Shown here: in pieces, positions 48,310 through 61,058 of the stretch | How positions within the stretch are numbered: the stretch's first letter is position 1 | How the letters are laid out: each line of letters starts with the position of its first letter | Assembly: GCF_011386835.1 (NCBI RefSeq) | Contig: NC_088803.1 | Location: forward strand, 20,398,001 to 20,462,000 | Reading direction: 5' to 3' | Source of the DNA: Chrysemys picta bellii | Taxonomy: Eukaryota | Length of the DNA stretch: 64,000 nt | The notes under the pieces: model-generated | Told to the model about the DNA's origin: nothing | What the model saw: the letters and a program-made list of their open reading frames with translations, nothing else | Databases searched by the model: none | Translations under genes and position numbers: made by a program

Positions 48310-49400
48310 TTTAGGAGGCTAAGACCCATTGACTTTCAATGGCACCTATGCTCCTAAATCACATAGGTGATCACCGAGAAGGGTAAACATTCCTCTTGTC
48401 AGTGCTCTTTGCTGATGACTACCGACATGTTCAACAAGACATCACACATGTTCTGCCTCTTTGTCTTTTTAATTAGCACTTTAGAACCTGTAGATGGACA
48501 TAGGAGAGTTTGAATAATGGGGAAAATATTCTTAAAGGGTGGGATTTTCAAAGGAGATAAAGGGAGCTAGGTCCCCAAATCCCAGTGAAAGTCAAGGGGA
48601 ATTAGGTGCCTAGCACCCCTTCTTTGAAAATCCCAGCCTTAGTCCAAAACAAATCTTATTCTTACTGAAATCTTTGACTTCTGTGTATTGAGAGACGCCT
48701 CAAAAAAAGACCACCACCCCTGGTATAGCATGAGTAGAACTAAGAAGCAGGTTCAAATTCCAGGCAGCACTTACCTTGGTGTACTCTCAGGAGTGGAAGC
48801 TGGGAAAAGCTACTATCCACCCAGCACAGGCTATTCAGCATGTGACAGTAGCTTTCATGCATGTTCAATAAGGATCTCTTTACTACAATGCTGCCTGCCT
48901 GCTGCATTATTTTATAGACAGGGCTGTTTGAAGCCAATACTGCCAGACCTGAAGCTGCTCTGGACCTCCAGCTGGCAGCAATTCCAGTCCTTGAGCTAAT
49001 AGTTGATTGTCTTCTTGGGTTCCAGTGAGACTGGGAATCTCTAGCCTGGATAAAAAAGTAACTTAGCCATCACAGCAGACACATCTCCTGGTTCTGCATC
49101 AATAAGTTGCTGAATCTACAGGGCTGTCTGTCTCCAACTTACATAGTATTAGCCTTTCCTCCCTGAGCCCTGATTGCTCTGGCTCAGGTAGTGAATGTGT
49201 GTAATCTACATGATTGCTTGCCCTTAATGGAAACTTTCTATAAAGTTTCAGAAACAGTTACTGGCCAAGTCCAGTAACTGCCACATCCCTCCTCTAGATG
49301 TCAGTCTCTATTCTCTGTACATATGCAGAAACAGAGGATTCAAACTAAAATCCATATCTCCTCTCCACTGATTCTCCCATTTTCTTTAGACTTAAAAGAA

Positions 49401-50012
49401 ATAAGAACATAAGAATGGACACTCTGGGTCAGACCGAAAGTCCATCTAGCCCAGTATCCTGTCTTCTGACAGTGGCCAATGCCACGTGCACCAGAGGGAA
49501 TGAACAGAACAGGTCATCACCAAGCAATCCATCCCCTGTTGCTCATTCCCAGCTTCTGGCAAACAGAGGCTAGGGACACCATACCTGCCCATCCTGGCTA
49601 ATAACCATTGATGGACCTATCCTCCATGAATTTATCTAGTTCTTCTTGAATCCTGTTATAATCTTGGCCTTCACAACATCCTCTGGCAAAGAGTTCCACA
49701 GACTGACTGTGCATTGTGTGAAAAAATATTTCCTTTTGTTTGTTTTAAATCTGCTGCCTATTAATTTCATTTGGTGACCCCTAGTTCTTTTGTTATGAGA
49801 AGGAGTAAATAACACTTTCTTATTCACTTTCTCTACACCAGTCATGATTTTATAGATGTCTATCATATCCCCCCTTAATCATCTCTTTTCCAAGCTGAAA
49901 AGTCCAAGACTTATTGAACTCTCCTCATACGGAAGCCATTCCTACCCCTAATCATTTTTGTTCACCTTTTCCAATTCCAATATATCTTTTTTGAGATGGG
50001 GTGACCAAAAGC
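49401..50012 (-). mobile_element. CR1 3' fragment
   Basis: ATAAGAACATAAGAA tail; ORF2 C-terminus ([17 protein letters not shown]). Confidence 0.85.
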
Positions 50013-52735
50013 TGCACTATAAGTATGTGGTTTACATGTACTCTGCTTTAAAAAAAACATCAATGTTAATACTTTTTCCATTTATATTTTGTAATTTAAA
50101 TCTTCTCCTTCACTAGAAACCTTAACTCTGCCCTTTAGTTACATCATACAACTGCCATACAATTATTATTAAGGCATTTAAGTGTCTTCGGATCCAGATT
50201 TTTAAGCACATGTTTGATTTCTTTCTTTTTTTCTCCATCATGGTGTCACTATAGTGCAGTTAAGGGGCTCTGGGTGCATTAACTGTGCATTTCCAAACCT
50301 TAATATGTTTAGATTTCTTTTAGATTTAACATGAACTGTGCATTTCCTGGGTTTGTAATGCCTGGTTTGGGGATAATTAAAGTATTCCTGTAATGAAGTT
50401 GAATTTCTGATATGTTCTCTCAACCAGAACTCCATTTTATCTCCCCCCCCCCCCCGGGGGATTGTTCTGTGAACACGTCAGGGGTGGTAGAGACCCTTAT
50501 TCCTCCTTCCTCAGGGGCTCAGTGACTCACCTTGGAACCAAAGGGGCCCTTGGTTCATTGTGCTTGGTGCTTCCATCTAGTAGCTGGGTGTATAATTTAA
50601 TAAACAACCCCAGTGACCTCTACGACATTACCAATCATAATTGTAGGGAATCCAGGGCCAACTAATTAAAATAATATGACAAAGAAGTTTATTCCTGGGG
50701 GGAAATGGAGGAAAAGTAAAAGAAGAGAAAGGGAATAGGAGAGGGAATCAAAGTTATCAAATAAATGAGTGACCATCCTATCTCTCAAAAGCCAGCAGCA
50801 AAGTAAATATAGAGAAGATGCCCCCAAAGTCTCTCCACCAGCCTCAGCCTTGGAAGAAAGGACATGTTTCCCTTCACAGGGAAACCTGAGTACCTCTCAC
50901 TGTTGTGTGGAGTTCCCTGTTTTCCCAAACAAAGGACCTTCCTTTACATATTCTTCTTTCTCACCAGGTGTCATGCATGGCCCTGGCCTTCATGTTCCCC
51001 AATGTGTCCAACATTGCCATTAAATCCTTCTTCTCCCCCCACATCCCTGCTCATACACCCTGACCCCCATTTTTGCCCCTCTCACCCCAGCCCATGTTCT
51101 GGTTCCTGATCACCTACTATCCCCTCCTGCTCAGCCCCATTTCCCTTGCCCTGTAATCCACCCTTTCTTTCTTGCTTTTGTGGTATCTTTGCAGGGCAGA
51201 GTTGAGGTTGCATCATCTGTTCTGTGTTGCATAATCGTTGCTTTGATGAGTTTTTTTCATGAACAGTTCCATTCTTTTTAAAAAAGGCCATTTTTCTATG
51301 AGACTTCTTTTGTGAAAAATGTCCATACAATTTTCAGTTGCGTCTATAGTGGGTAACGTATCCAAGGTGTGAGTTGCCACTGGAGCCTGATGACCTGGGA
51401 AATTGTCTCCCTGCTTTACAACACCAATGCTCTGAATTGCTTTGGTTTTGTTTATAGATACTATATCCTATTTCAAACTAATGTCTAATTTGTTGTGTCC
51501 ACTTTAACCCTCAATGGGTTTGTTGGACTGTGAATAATAGTGAACCAAATTCAAAATCATGATTACCCCAAACTCAGTGGCTTTAGTAAAATACAATAAT
51601 TGCTAATCAGGGTTTTATTTATTTAAACTGGGAGTTTCAAATAAATTTAATGGGTGTTTGGTACCTAACTCCCGTAAGTCCACAGCTTTATTTGTTTACT
51701 TTTCCCAGCAGCTCTTATCTGTGCAGTATAGCTTTGATTTCCATAGGGAGCACTTGGCTTTTTTGTGCACAAAACAGAAATGCTTATGTGTTTCACAGCT
51801 TCTGCCCCCAAAGGATCCATCAAGAGAACAGAAATTGGTCTCCACCAAGGATTCAGAGTGCTAATGTGATAAAAATGCTCCTTTGTTCCAGGGGCTCAGA
51901 ACAGCCATCCAGATTTTCAAGCCAACAAGAACTTGCTCTTCTCTTCCTGTTTGAACTGATGAAAATCCCTGATATTTCTCTCCAGTGCACTTCCACTCCA
52001 GTCATTGTCACAGGCTTTCCACTATGAGGACAAAAGACACCCACATTAGAGCTGGAAGGGAATAGCATGGGACAGTCAAAAAAGGTAAGATATTCAAACT
52101 CCCTTAGCGCAGATGGAAAACCCAGTCTCCAGCCTCTGAATCCACAAATGCAAGCATGCAGAATAGCCCTAGTATATCATGTTTGCAAGACAACACAATC
52201 CAGGGAGTAGGTTACTAGGTTAACATTCAGCACTTCTATTTCCAGCTCTGCCACTGATGGCTACAGGACTGCAGACAACTCATTGCCCCTTTGTGTGTCT
52301 CGTTCATTTAGATTAGTTTTTTGGTTCAGGGATTGTTTCATTCTGTGTCTGTGAAGTTTCTTTCTTTCTTTTCTCCCCAGAAATGTGTGTCTAACACTGC
52401 TCAAGACCCTCTTGATCAGAGTACACTCATTAATGAGTTTGTCATACCATCAAAGGGTATGAATATGCACTAGCCTTTGTAACCTGAGTAGACTCCCCAA
52501 ACTTCAATCAAAAACACTCCAGCTTAGATAAAACATTTAAAATAAGTTTATTAACTAAAGAGAGAGAGATTTTAAGAGATTGTAAGTGGTATAAGCATAG
52601 AAATTCAGAATTGGTTACCAAAGGAACTGAAAGATTACAAAATGCAAGCTATTTCCTAGACTTTATCAGGTTATGTCAAATTTGATGCAATAAGGTTTCT
52701 CTTACCCCAAAACATACAGCAGTCTGTGCTAACTG

Positions 52736-52843
52736 GTTTCAGAGTAGCAGCTGTGTTAGTCTGTATCCTCAAAAAGAACAGGAGTACTTGTGGCACCTTA
52801 GAGCATAAGCTTTCGTGGGCTTCAGCCCACTTCTTCGGATGCA
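52736..52843 (+). mobile_element. Short Penelope-like fragment inside LTR-like sequence
   Basis: GTTTCAGAGTAGCAGC.GTGTTAGTCTGTATC; same head as the 62004 element. Confidence 0.7.
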
Positions 52844-53059
52844 GTTTTCCAGTTAGGACCACTTCCCCCAGTTCAAATGGTTCTATGTCTTCCAAACAAT
52901 CTTGTTGCCTTCAGTATAGGTGGGGGAGGAGAAATGGGTTGATGATGTCACTGTCCCTTCTTTTATACTCTCTTCCAGGTGCTGGAACAATCATTGCTGT
53001 GTCATAGGGTTAGGCAGCCCCATTGCCTACGTGCCCTGCATCCAATCCTTCATATGAAT

Positions 53060-53602
53060 TGTAAAGTTTTGCTTACACCCGTTATCCCGAAAGAAAACAG
53101 GACCACGCTGACCTCTCTTAAAGGTGAGGTCAGGATGGCAGTGTGATGGATAGAGATGTTTTGATCAAACCAACATGTATATACAAGGTAAAGGGTGGTA
53201 ACTAACCACGTCAGAAGTTGGCAACTGACCATGTCGGAAGGGCAGTAACTAGCTACATCAGAGAGCAATAAATAACTTGTTTGGACTGGTGCATAAAATG
53301 GAGTGTCAGAGGGAGTGTCTCTGTCCAGCCCAGGAGGGAGTGGAAAGTCCCACCACTGACTGAGCTGGTCCATTGTCACGGGCATACATGTGCTAGTGTA
53401 ACTGTAGACATTGATCCAAGAAGCTAGGACCGTGCTTCATTGGCAATAAAGCTGGCTGGGTGCCTTTGCTATAAACCAGCTCTTCTGGTATCATTGGGCA
53501 GTTCAATTGGAGCCTGCTATATGGGCTATCTGGCCAGAGGCAGTGCAGCATGCAGAGAGAACAGAGAGAATGCACACACACAGCCAACAACTGACAACAA
53601 CA
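53060..53602 (+). mobile_element. Probable LTR nested in an older LTR (~52400-53870)
   Basis: TGTAAA...ACAACA ends; AATAAA at ~53444. Confidence 0.4.
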
Positions 53603-54245
53603 CCCTTTGTGTACATGAGGCTTGACACATAAGGCTTGTGTCCACAGTTCCATTGTTATTTCCAAGGAGCTGGTCTGTGGGTGTTTCCCAGACTCACAAC
53701 ATGTTTCAGGAACAAACCTATAGCTAAATCTCATAACTTTATATGCAATGATAATACATATATTTCAACAGGACAGTAATGTTCAGTAGATTATGACTTT
53801 TCCAATGATACCTCACAAGGCATACTTTATACAAAATACCTTATAATTTTTTAAAAAGTGGTTACCATAATAGTGTAGACTAATGCAATGCAGTCTGTTG
53901 GACAGACAATCTGATTGACTTCAGGGAGTTGGTTCTAGTTCCAAGATTTTCAATTACAGGAGCCAGTGACGGGCAATAGCGTACAAGCACTAAGATAAAA
54001 ACAGTCTTCTAGACTGAGGTTTCAAAAGAACCTATGGGAGTTAGCTGCCAACCTCATATGTAAGGTCATTAGGACGTGGTCTCCTAACTCCTAACCTTAA
54101 ATCCATATTTAGGCACCTGTCTGATTTTCAAAGGTGCCGAGCACTCAGTAGTGTTGTGCTGGAGATAGACCCTATTTCTTCCTGCGCCATGGTGGAATGG
54201 AAAAAGCAGCCCCATGTTAAAAATCCAGTGGAAGCTCCTGCCTTC

Positions 54246-54255
54246 TCCCCTGGGA
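54246..54255. promoter_or_regulatory. Perfect EBF/O-E palindrome TCCCCTGGGA
   Basis: Exact TCCCNNGGGA match ~420 bp upstream of the 54672 ATG; a single 10-mer can occur by chance. Confidence 0.25.
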
Positions 54256-54671
54256 AGCCAGGATTTTCAAATCAGCCTATCAGAGTTAAGTGTCTGACTC
54301 ACATTAACTTTCAGTGGCATTTGGGTGTCTAACGCCCTTAGGCTGCTTTAAAATCCCAACCTCCATCCACAAGGGGAAGCCTCTCCTTGTGGATCATCAT
54401 ATCAGGAGAACTAGTTGTCTCTCTGCATTCATATACACCCCACTCTCTCTCAGCATCATGAAGAAATGCAGAGCTCTATAATTATTCTCCTTCTTTGTAC
54501 TACTCTGACTGGGTACAGAAGGCCCTTACAGATGCAGCCAGAAAACACCACCTCTAAGTGTTTGATTCCATCCAGTCACGTTGCATTTGGAATGGGACTA
54601 TTGACATGGCACTGGATGGCATCTTTAGCCTGTTTGCTTTTTTCCTGCTTTACCCTCTTCTCTCCACAGCA

Positions 54672-55604
54672 ATGGAGAACCAGACAGTGGTGAGCGAGTT
54701 CGTCCTCCTGGGCCTGACCCATCTACTGGTGTTACAGAACCCTCTCTTCGTTCTCTTCCTCCTGCTCTACGTGACCAGTCTGTTGGGTAATGGGGCCATC
54801 ATAGCTGTGGTGCTGGCTGAGCCACGGCTCCACACCCCCATGTATTTCTTCTTGAGCAACCTCTCCTGCCTGGACATCTTCTACAGCACAGTCACCATGC
54901 CCAAGATGCTGGCCGGCTTCCTCTCGGGACAGCAGACCATTTCATTTGCAGGCTGCCTGGTCCAGCTCCACTTCTTCCACTTCCTGGACAGCAGTGAGGC
55001 TGTGCTGCTGGCCGTCATGGCCTATGACCGCTATGTGGCCATCTGCAACCCACTGCGCTACAGGCTGGTCATGAGCCCACAGACCTGTCTTTTCCTGACA
55101 GCGGCCACCTGGGCCACTGGCTTCCTACATGCGCTGATGCACACGGTCATGACGTCTCAGGTGCATTTCTGTGGCCCCAACCTCGTCTACCACTTCTTCT
55201 GTGACATCAAGCCCCTGCTGAGCCTGGCCTGCAGCAGCATCCACCTCAACTTGGCCCTGCTCAACTTTGTAACTGGAAGCATCGCGCTGAGTCCATTCAT
55301 CCTCACACTCCTCTCCTACCTCTACATCATCTCCTTCCTCCTCCTGAAGGTCCGCTCACAGGAATGCAGGAGAAAGGCCTTTTCCACCTGTGCCTCCCAC
55401 CTCACCGTGGTGTCTCTCTTCTATATGCCAGTCCTTGATAATTACCTGATTGCCTCTCCGGGTTCCCCCTCTGAAAGAGACATGATATCCACCGTCATGT
55501 ACTGCTTTGTCACCCCAGTTCTGAACCCCCTGATCTACACCCTGAGAAATGAGGAGGTAAAATCTGCCCTAAAGAAATTCCTGAACAGAAAACTTTACCC
55601 TTAA
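54672..55604 (+). CDS. Olfactory receptor, OR12D-like, intact, 310 aa
   Basis: MENQTV start; PMYFFLSNLS, QLHFFHFLDSSE, MAYDRYVAICNPL, KAFSTCASHL, PVLNPLIYTLRN; acceptor CCACAG ends at 54669. Confidence 0.92.
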   Translation: MENQTVVSEFVLLGLTHLLVLQNPLFVLFLLLYVTSLLGNGAIIAVVLAEPRLHTPMYFFLSNLSCLDIFYSTVTMPKMLAGFLSGQQTISFAGCLVQLHFFHFLDSSEAVLLAVMAYDRYVAICNPLRYRLVMSPQTCLFLTAATWATGFLHALMHTVMTSQVHFCGPNLVYHFFCDIKPLLSLACSSIHLNLALLNFVTGSIALSPFILTLLSYLYIISFLLLKVRSQECRRKAFSTCASHLTVVSLFYMPVLDNYLIASPGSPSERDMISTVMYCFVTPVLNPLIYTLRNEEVKSALKKFLNRKLYP

Positions 55605-56184
55605 AGAATATGAATTAAATGAAGGCAAACACTGTTCAATTACAATTAAAGCATTTTAGTCTTTGTTGAGCCCACTGATTTTTAAAAACCCTTTGCATTT
55701 TTTTTCTGGTGTCACTACAGGGCAGAGTTAAGGTTGTTTGGCTAGCATAACATCATTTCTCATAAGATGTTTGTATTTTCTTTAACTTTAATGGTGAATA
55801 TCCTGTGTGTATTTTGGGAAAATTTCAACATCCTTGTAATATATTTATCCCTAAATTACTGACATGTACTCATGCACTCCATCTTAATGTCTGCTGATGG
55901 AGACATTTTCAGTTAGAAATATAATGGGTGGAAGGAAGAGGGACTGACCATTATTTACATAAAATCAATAAAAATATTCAAATATTACCTATGCATAATA
56001 TTTCAGTGTGTTTTGACTCTATGGGAAGTTACAGAACTATGTGACAGGACAGAGTTAAGGTTAGTTGGGTGCCCTATTTATATAATTCTAGAAATTAGCA
56101 TATCTGGATTTCTTGAACATTAATTTGGAAATTCTTGGGTTTCAATGCTTATTTTCTGTATAACTAAAATAGTCATCGGACCTA

Positions 56185-57410
56185 GGTGATAAGTAGCAGC
56201 AAACACAGATTTGTCATGAACAAATCCTCTCAAACCAATCTAATTTCCTCCTTTGACAGAGTTTCTGGCCTAATGGTTATGGGGGAAGCAGTAAATGTGA
56301 CATGTCTTGGTTTTATTAAGTCTCTTGAAAGAGTCTTTCATGACAGTCTCATAATCAAACTAGGGAAATAGAGTCTCAATGAAATTACTGTGTGCATAAA
56401 TGGTTGAAAACTCTTTTCAAAGAATAGTTATCAATGATTTACCGTCAGACTGGGAGGACATATTCACTGGAGTCTGTCCTGGGGACCGGTGCTGTTCAAT
56501 ATTTCCATTAACGACTTGGATGAAGATGTGGTTATAAAATTTACAGATGATACTAAACTGGAAGGGGCTGCAAACACTTTGTAGGACAGGATTAGATTTC
56601 AAAATTATGTTGATAAATGGGATGAGTCTGAAATCAGGAAGATTAAATTCAATAAAGAAAAGTGCAAGGTGCCACACTTAGGAAGGAAAAATTGCAAGCA
56701 CAAATACAGAATGGGGAATAGAAGGCTAGGCAGCAGTATTGCAGAAAAAAAATCTCAGAGTTATAATGCATCACAAATGGAATAAGAGTCAACAGTGTGA
56801 TGCTGAGGCAAAAAAGGCATATGTCATGGTACAGAGTTGTGTAAGACACAGGAAGGACTTGTTCCACTCTACGCAGCACTGGTGAGACCTCAGCTGGAGT
56901 TTTGCACAAATTGCTGCACTTTAAGAAAGATGTGATCAAATTTGAGAAAATCTAGAAGACAGCAACAAAAATAACAAGAAGTTGGAAAACATGACCGACG
57001 AGGAAAGCTTGAAAGAGCTGGGAATGTTTAGTCTAGAGAAGAGATGGCTGAATGGGGGCTGTGGTCATAGTCTTCAAATACGTAAACATTTGTTATAAAT
57101 AGGACAGTGTTAAATTGTTCACCATGTCCACTGAAGGTTGGATGAGAAGAAATTGGCTTAGTTTGGAGGAAAGGAGATTTAGGTGATATATTAGGGGGAA
57201 AAACTAAGGCTAGTTAAGCTCTGGAACAGGCACCAAGGGAGGCTTGGAATCCCCAGCTTTGGCTGTTTCTAAAAACAGGTTAGACAAACACCTTATCAGG
57301 GATAATCTAGACTTCATGACTGGTAGACTTAATCCTGCCTCAGCATGGTGGGGGAAGGGGAAGGAAATGGACTTCATGACCTCTTGAGGTCCCTTCCATT
57401 CCTATGTTTT
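56185..57410 (+). mobile_element. Old CR1 RT/3' fragment
   Basis: Degenerate KSSQTNLISSFD..FTDD..; 3' end GAGGTCCCTTCCATTCCTATGTTTTCTAT. Confidence 0.75.
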
Positions 57411-59522
57411 CTATTAAAGGATTAGCGTTTCTCAAAAAATGGTGATTTTTTCAGCTGGATACACCTGCATCAGGAATAAAATCTAGGAGGTCCAGATAGT
57501 AAAGCATAAGATTCTACTGCCTTGGCTAAGAACATCAAAGCAAGGCCATCTGTTGAGCAAGGCCATCACAACACATCAGCCTCGCCACAAAACCTAGCCT
57601 CCACTAGAGGGGGACAGAGCACCCCATCAAGTGAGCTGAGGAGGCGTTAGGTACCTAACTCACTTAGGTGATTGTGTAAATTCCACCAAGTGCCTATCTG
57701 CATCTTTAGGTGACTAAATACAATTGGAAATGTGCTCTAGCCCCTGAGCTCTGGAACCAGATTATGTCTTCCTCAGTTCTATTCAGATGCTTATACCTCA
57801 ATTATGATATCCGTTGATCTTAGTATATTTGTCTGGGACTTGCAAAGAGGCCTGTGCACTCAACTCACACTGAAAGTCATTCATTTTAATGAGATTTGGC
57901 CATTAGTATCCCTCCAACAACTTTGATGTTCTCAGCTCACATGCTTTGCTTCTACAACCTCTACATACCATACTAGTGTTTGGTGTTTCTCATCCTCTCA
58001 CAAGGAATTATTTCACTACACAAATACTTCTCACTGAAATTGAGTGGTTCTGCTTGTGAAAACATCTGCAAATCAGTTGCTTTTCTTTATGCTTTTCAAC
58101 AAACTCTAGTCCTCACAATATTTTCGATTTCCATCTTTCCAGCATTGGTCTTGTTTGTTTTCTAACTTCAAATTCTCAGATGGTACAAGAATTATGTCCC
58201 AGATGGAAGGAAATTTCCCTGCTGACAGTTTGGTTGTTTCAGAGAGTGTAACTGTGATCAAAAGGTGGCTCATTTGCACACTATTCAAGGTTTGCTGAGC
58301 ATCCAGTGTTCAGTCCTCTCTGAAATTTCCCCCCACAGTGGACTTTATCCCATGCCATTGTTATATTTCAGATTCAAGAGGAAATCAGTTTATCCAGGTA
58401 TGATATGGAACTGAATAGCTTATAATGATTCTCACTTCTTTATCTAGAGATGTAAAACTTCAGAGTGTTCCCAGATTATGAACATTTTCTTTCTTATAGT
58501 TCATATTGTTCATTTTATCACTCCCTTCTCAATCTCTCCATTTAATCTCTTTTCATTCTGTTTTCAATTGATTGGTTTACAGAGGATATGAGATGACTAC
58601 TGACTCTTGGAAGCAGCAGAAGCGACACATGAGGTACTGGAATACTTGGAGCTGCCGGAGCAGTGGGGGTGGAGGTGTGGAAATAAAGAGAGACTGGTCA
58701 CTATATTTGGTGTTGGGAAGGAATTTTCCTCCACGTCAGTTTGGCAGATACCCTGGGCATTTTTCACCTTCCTCTGCAGCATGGGGCAGGGGTCGCTTGC
58801 AGTTTTAAACTCATAGGGTCCTAGAGCCCAAGCTCCAGCCCAACTCTAGACAGCTACATTGTAATAAATCAGCGCCTTAACCCAAGCCCCACAATCACGG
58901 GGTTTTAATTGTAGTGTAGATAGATCCAAAGCTATGAGTCTATGCTGGGCTCTGCCTGTCCATGTCCCAGAACCAGCATCTGGACTCTGCTACCTATGAC
59001 CCTGGTCTCTTGGATAAATCCCTTCTCCTGCCACCAGCTAATACAATTAGTCTTGTTGTTTAAGTCATAGGAGCTTGTGCAGCAGTGCTCAGAGTTAAGC
59101 CCATTCTGATGACATATGATGGAAATTTATTATAGCTAAATATAACAGAATTAATGCCAAACCCTCCCCCCCCCCCCACCCAACACTTATCTGAATGGAC
59201 CTTAGTTAATTTGCAAAGTGAAACACTAACTCAGCAGTGAGAAAACACCAGTTGCCTGTGGAATGTGAATTCTGGCCCTTTTGGTGTGTATGCATTATGA
59301 CAGAGACTTTAATTGGATGATCACATAGCCTATGTCTTCACTTGGAGTAAGGGGTCTGGTTCCCACTAATGCAGACATACTCATACTTGCCCTGCTTGAA
59401 GTAGCATGCTAAAATAGTAGTGCAGCTGTGGAAGCATGGCCATGGCAAGAAGCAGCATGGTCCAGCTGTCATGAGTAGAAACCTACCCAGACCCCCTGGG
59501 TGATACTTGGGATGGCTAGCTT

Positions 59523-60190
59523 ATCATACAATCATAGGACTGGAAAGGACCTCGAGAGGTCATCTAATCCAGTCCCCTGCACTCATGGCAGGACTATGTA
59601 CTATCTAGACCATCCCTGACAGGTGTTTGTCTAACCTGCTCTTAAAAATCTCCAATGATAGAGATTCCACAACCTCCCTAGGCAACTTATTCCAGTGCTT
59701 AACCACCCTGACAGTTAGAAAGTTCTTCCTAACGTCCAACCTAAATCTCCCTTGCTGGTATTTAAGCCCATTGCTTCTTGTCCTATCCTCAGAGGTTAAG
59801 AAGAACAATTTTTCCTCCTCCTCCTTGTAACAACCTTTTACATACTTGAAAACTGTTATCATGTCCCCTCTAAGTCTTCTCTTTTCCAGACTAAACAAAC
59901 CAGTTTTTTTTTCAATCTTCCCTCACAGGTCATGTTTTCTAGACCTTTAATCATTTTTGTTGCTCTTCTCTGGATTTTCTCCAATTTGTCCACATATTTC
60001 CTGAAATGTGGCACCCAGAACTGGACACAATACTCCAGTTGAGGCCGTATCAGCATGGAGTAGAGGGGAAGAATTACTTCTCGTGTCTTGCTTACAACAC
60101 TCCTGCTAATACATCCCAGAATGATGTTCCCTTTTTTTACAACAGTTTTACACCATTGACTCATATTAACTTGTGGTCCATTATGACCCA
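59523..60190 (-). mobile_element. CR1 3' fragment
   Basis: ORFs FSLEKRRLRGDMITVFKY.. and LEYCVQFW. Confidence 0.85.
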
Positions 60191-60574
60191 CAGGTCCACT
60201 ATGCCACTGCTTCCCACTGCCTGGGCCACAACAGCTACACTACTAGTTTTAGCACACTAGCTCAAACAGAGCTAGCATGGGTCCAACAACACAAGCTGGG
60301 AATAGCGTCCCCAGCTCCAGATGCAGATGTGGCCATATTGCTTTCTTCCAAGAGATCCTAGCTATGCTCAGTTCACAGTACAGATACACAAGGGACAAAA
60401 TTATGGTAGCCTGGGCAACTGTACATGATCTGGCATTTCCTTGCTTTAAAGTTCTTAACTTTACAAGTGAATACAACTTTCTAACTATAGATATATAGAT
60501 AACACATTACCCCTCTCTACCTTGATTTCCACAACTATAAAATGAGGAGGCTAACCCTCAGCAGCACTGGGAAC

Positions 60575-60935
60575 ATAACAACATTTGAATGGCCTACTAA
60601 GTCAGACCAGTATTCTCTCTTCTGACAGTGGCCAATGTCAGGTGGTTCAGAGGGAATGAACAGAACAGGTAATCATCAAGTGATCCATCCCCTGTCACCC
60701 ATTCCCAGCTTCTAGTAAATGGAGGCCAGTGGCACAATCCCTGCCCACCCTGACTCAAACCCATTCATGGACCTATCCTCCATGAATGTATCTAGTTCAT
60801 TTTGAACCCTTTTTTAGTCTTGGCCTTCACAACATCCTCTGGCAGAGGGTTCCACAGATAAACTGCGTTGTGTGAAGAAAGACTTCCTTCTGTTTGTTTT
60901 AAACCTGCTGCCTGTTAATTTCATTTGGTGACCCA
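60575..60935 (-). mobile_element. CR1 3' fragment (subfamily of 49401)
   Basis: GACAGTGGCCAATG..GAGGGAATGAACAGAACAGG 3' UTR. Confidence 0.75.
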
Positions 60936-61058
60936 TTTCACTGGGAAGGTTTAATTAATGACTTGCAAGCAATCTGAGACACTTGGGCAGAAGGTGTTCA
61001 TAAAAATACAAACTGCAAGGATTGTTGCATCTAGCACGTCTTCCTCCTCTCCTCAGTG

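Noticed and set aside
54558-54671. 38-aa N-terminal extension of the OR ORF (and the 21-aa one at 29994-30056)
   Set aside because: These stretches are the polypyrimidine tract and acceptor of the 5' UTR intron; the conserved start is MEN.
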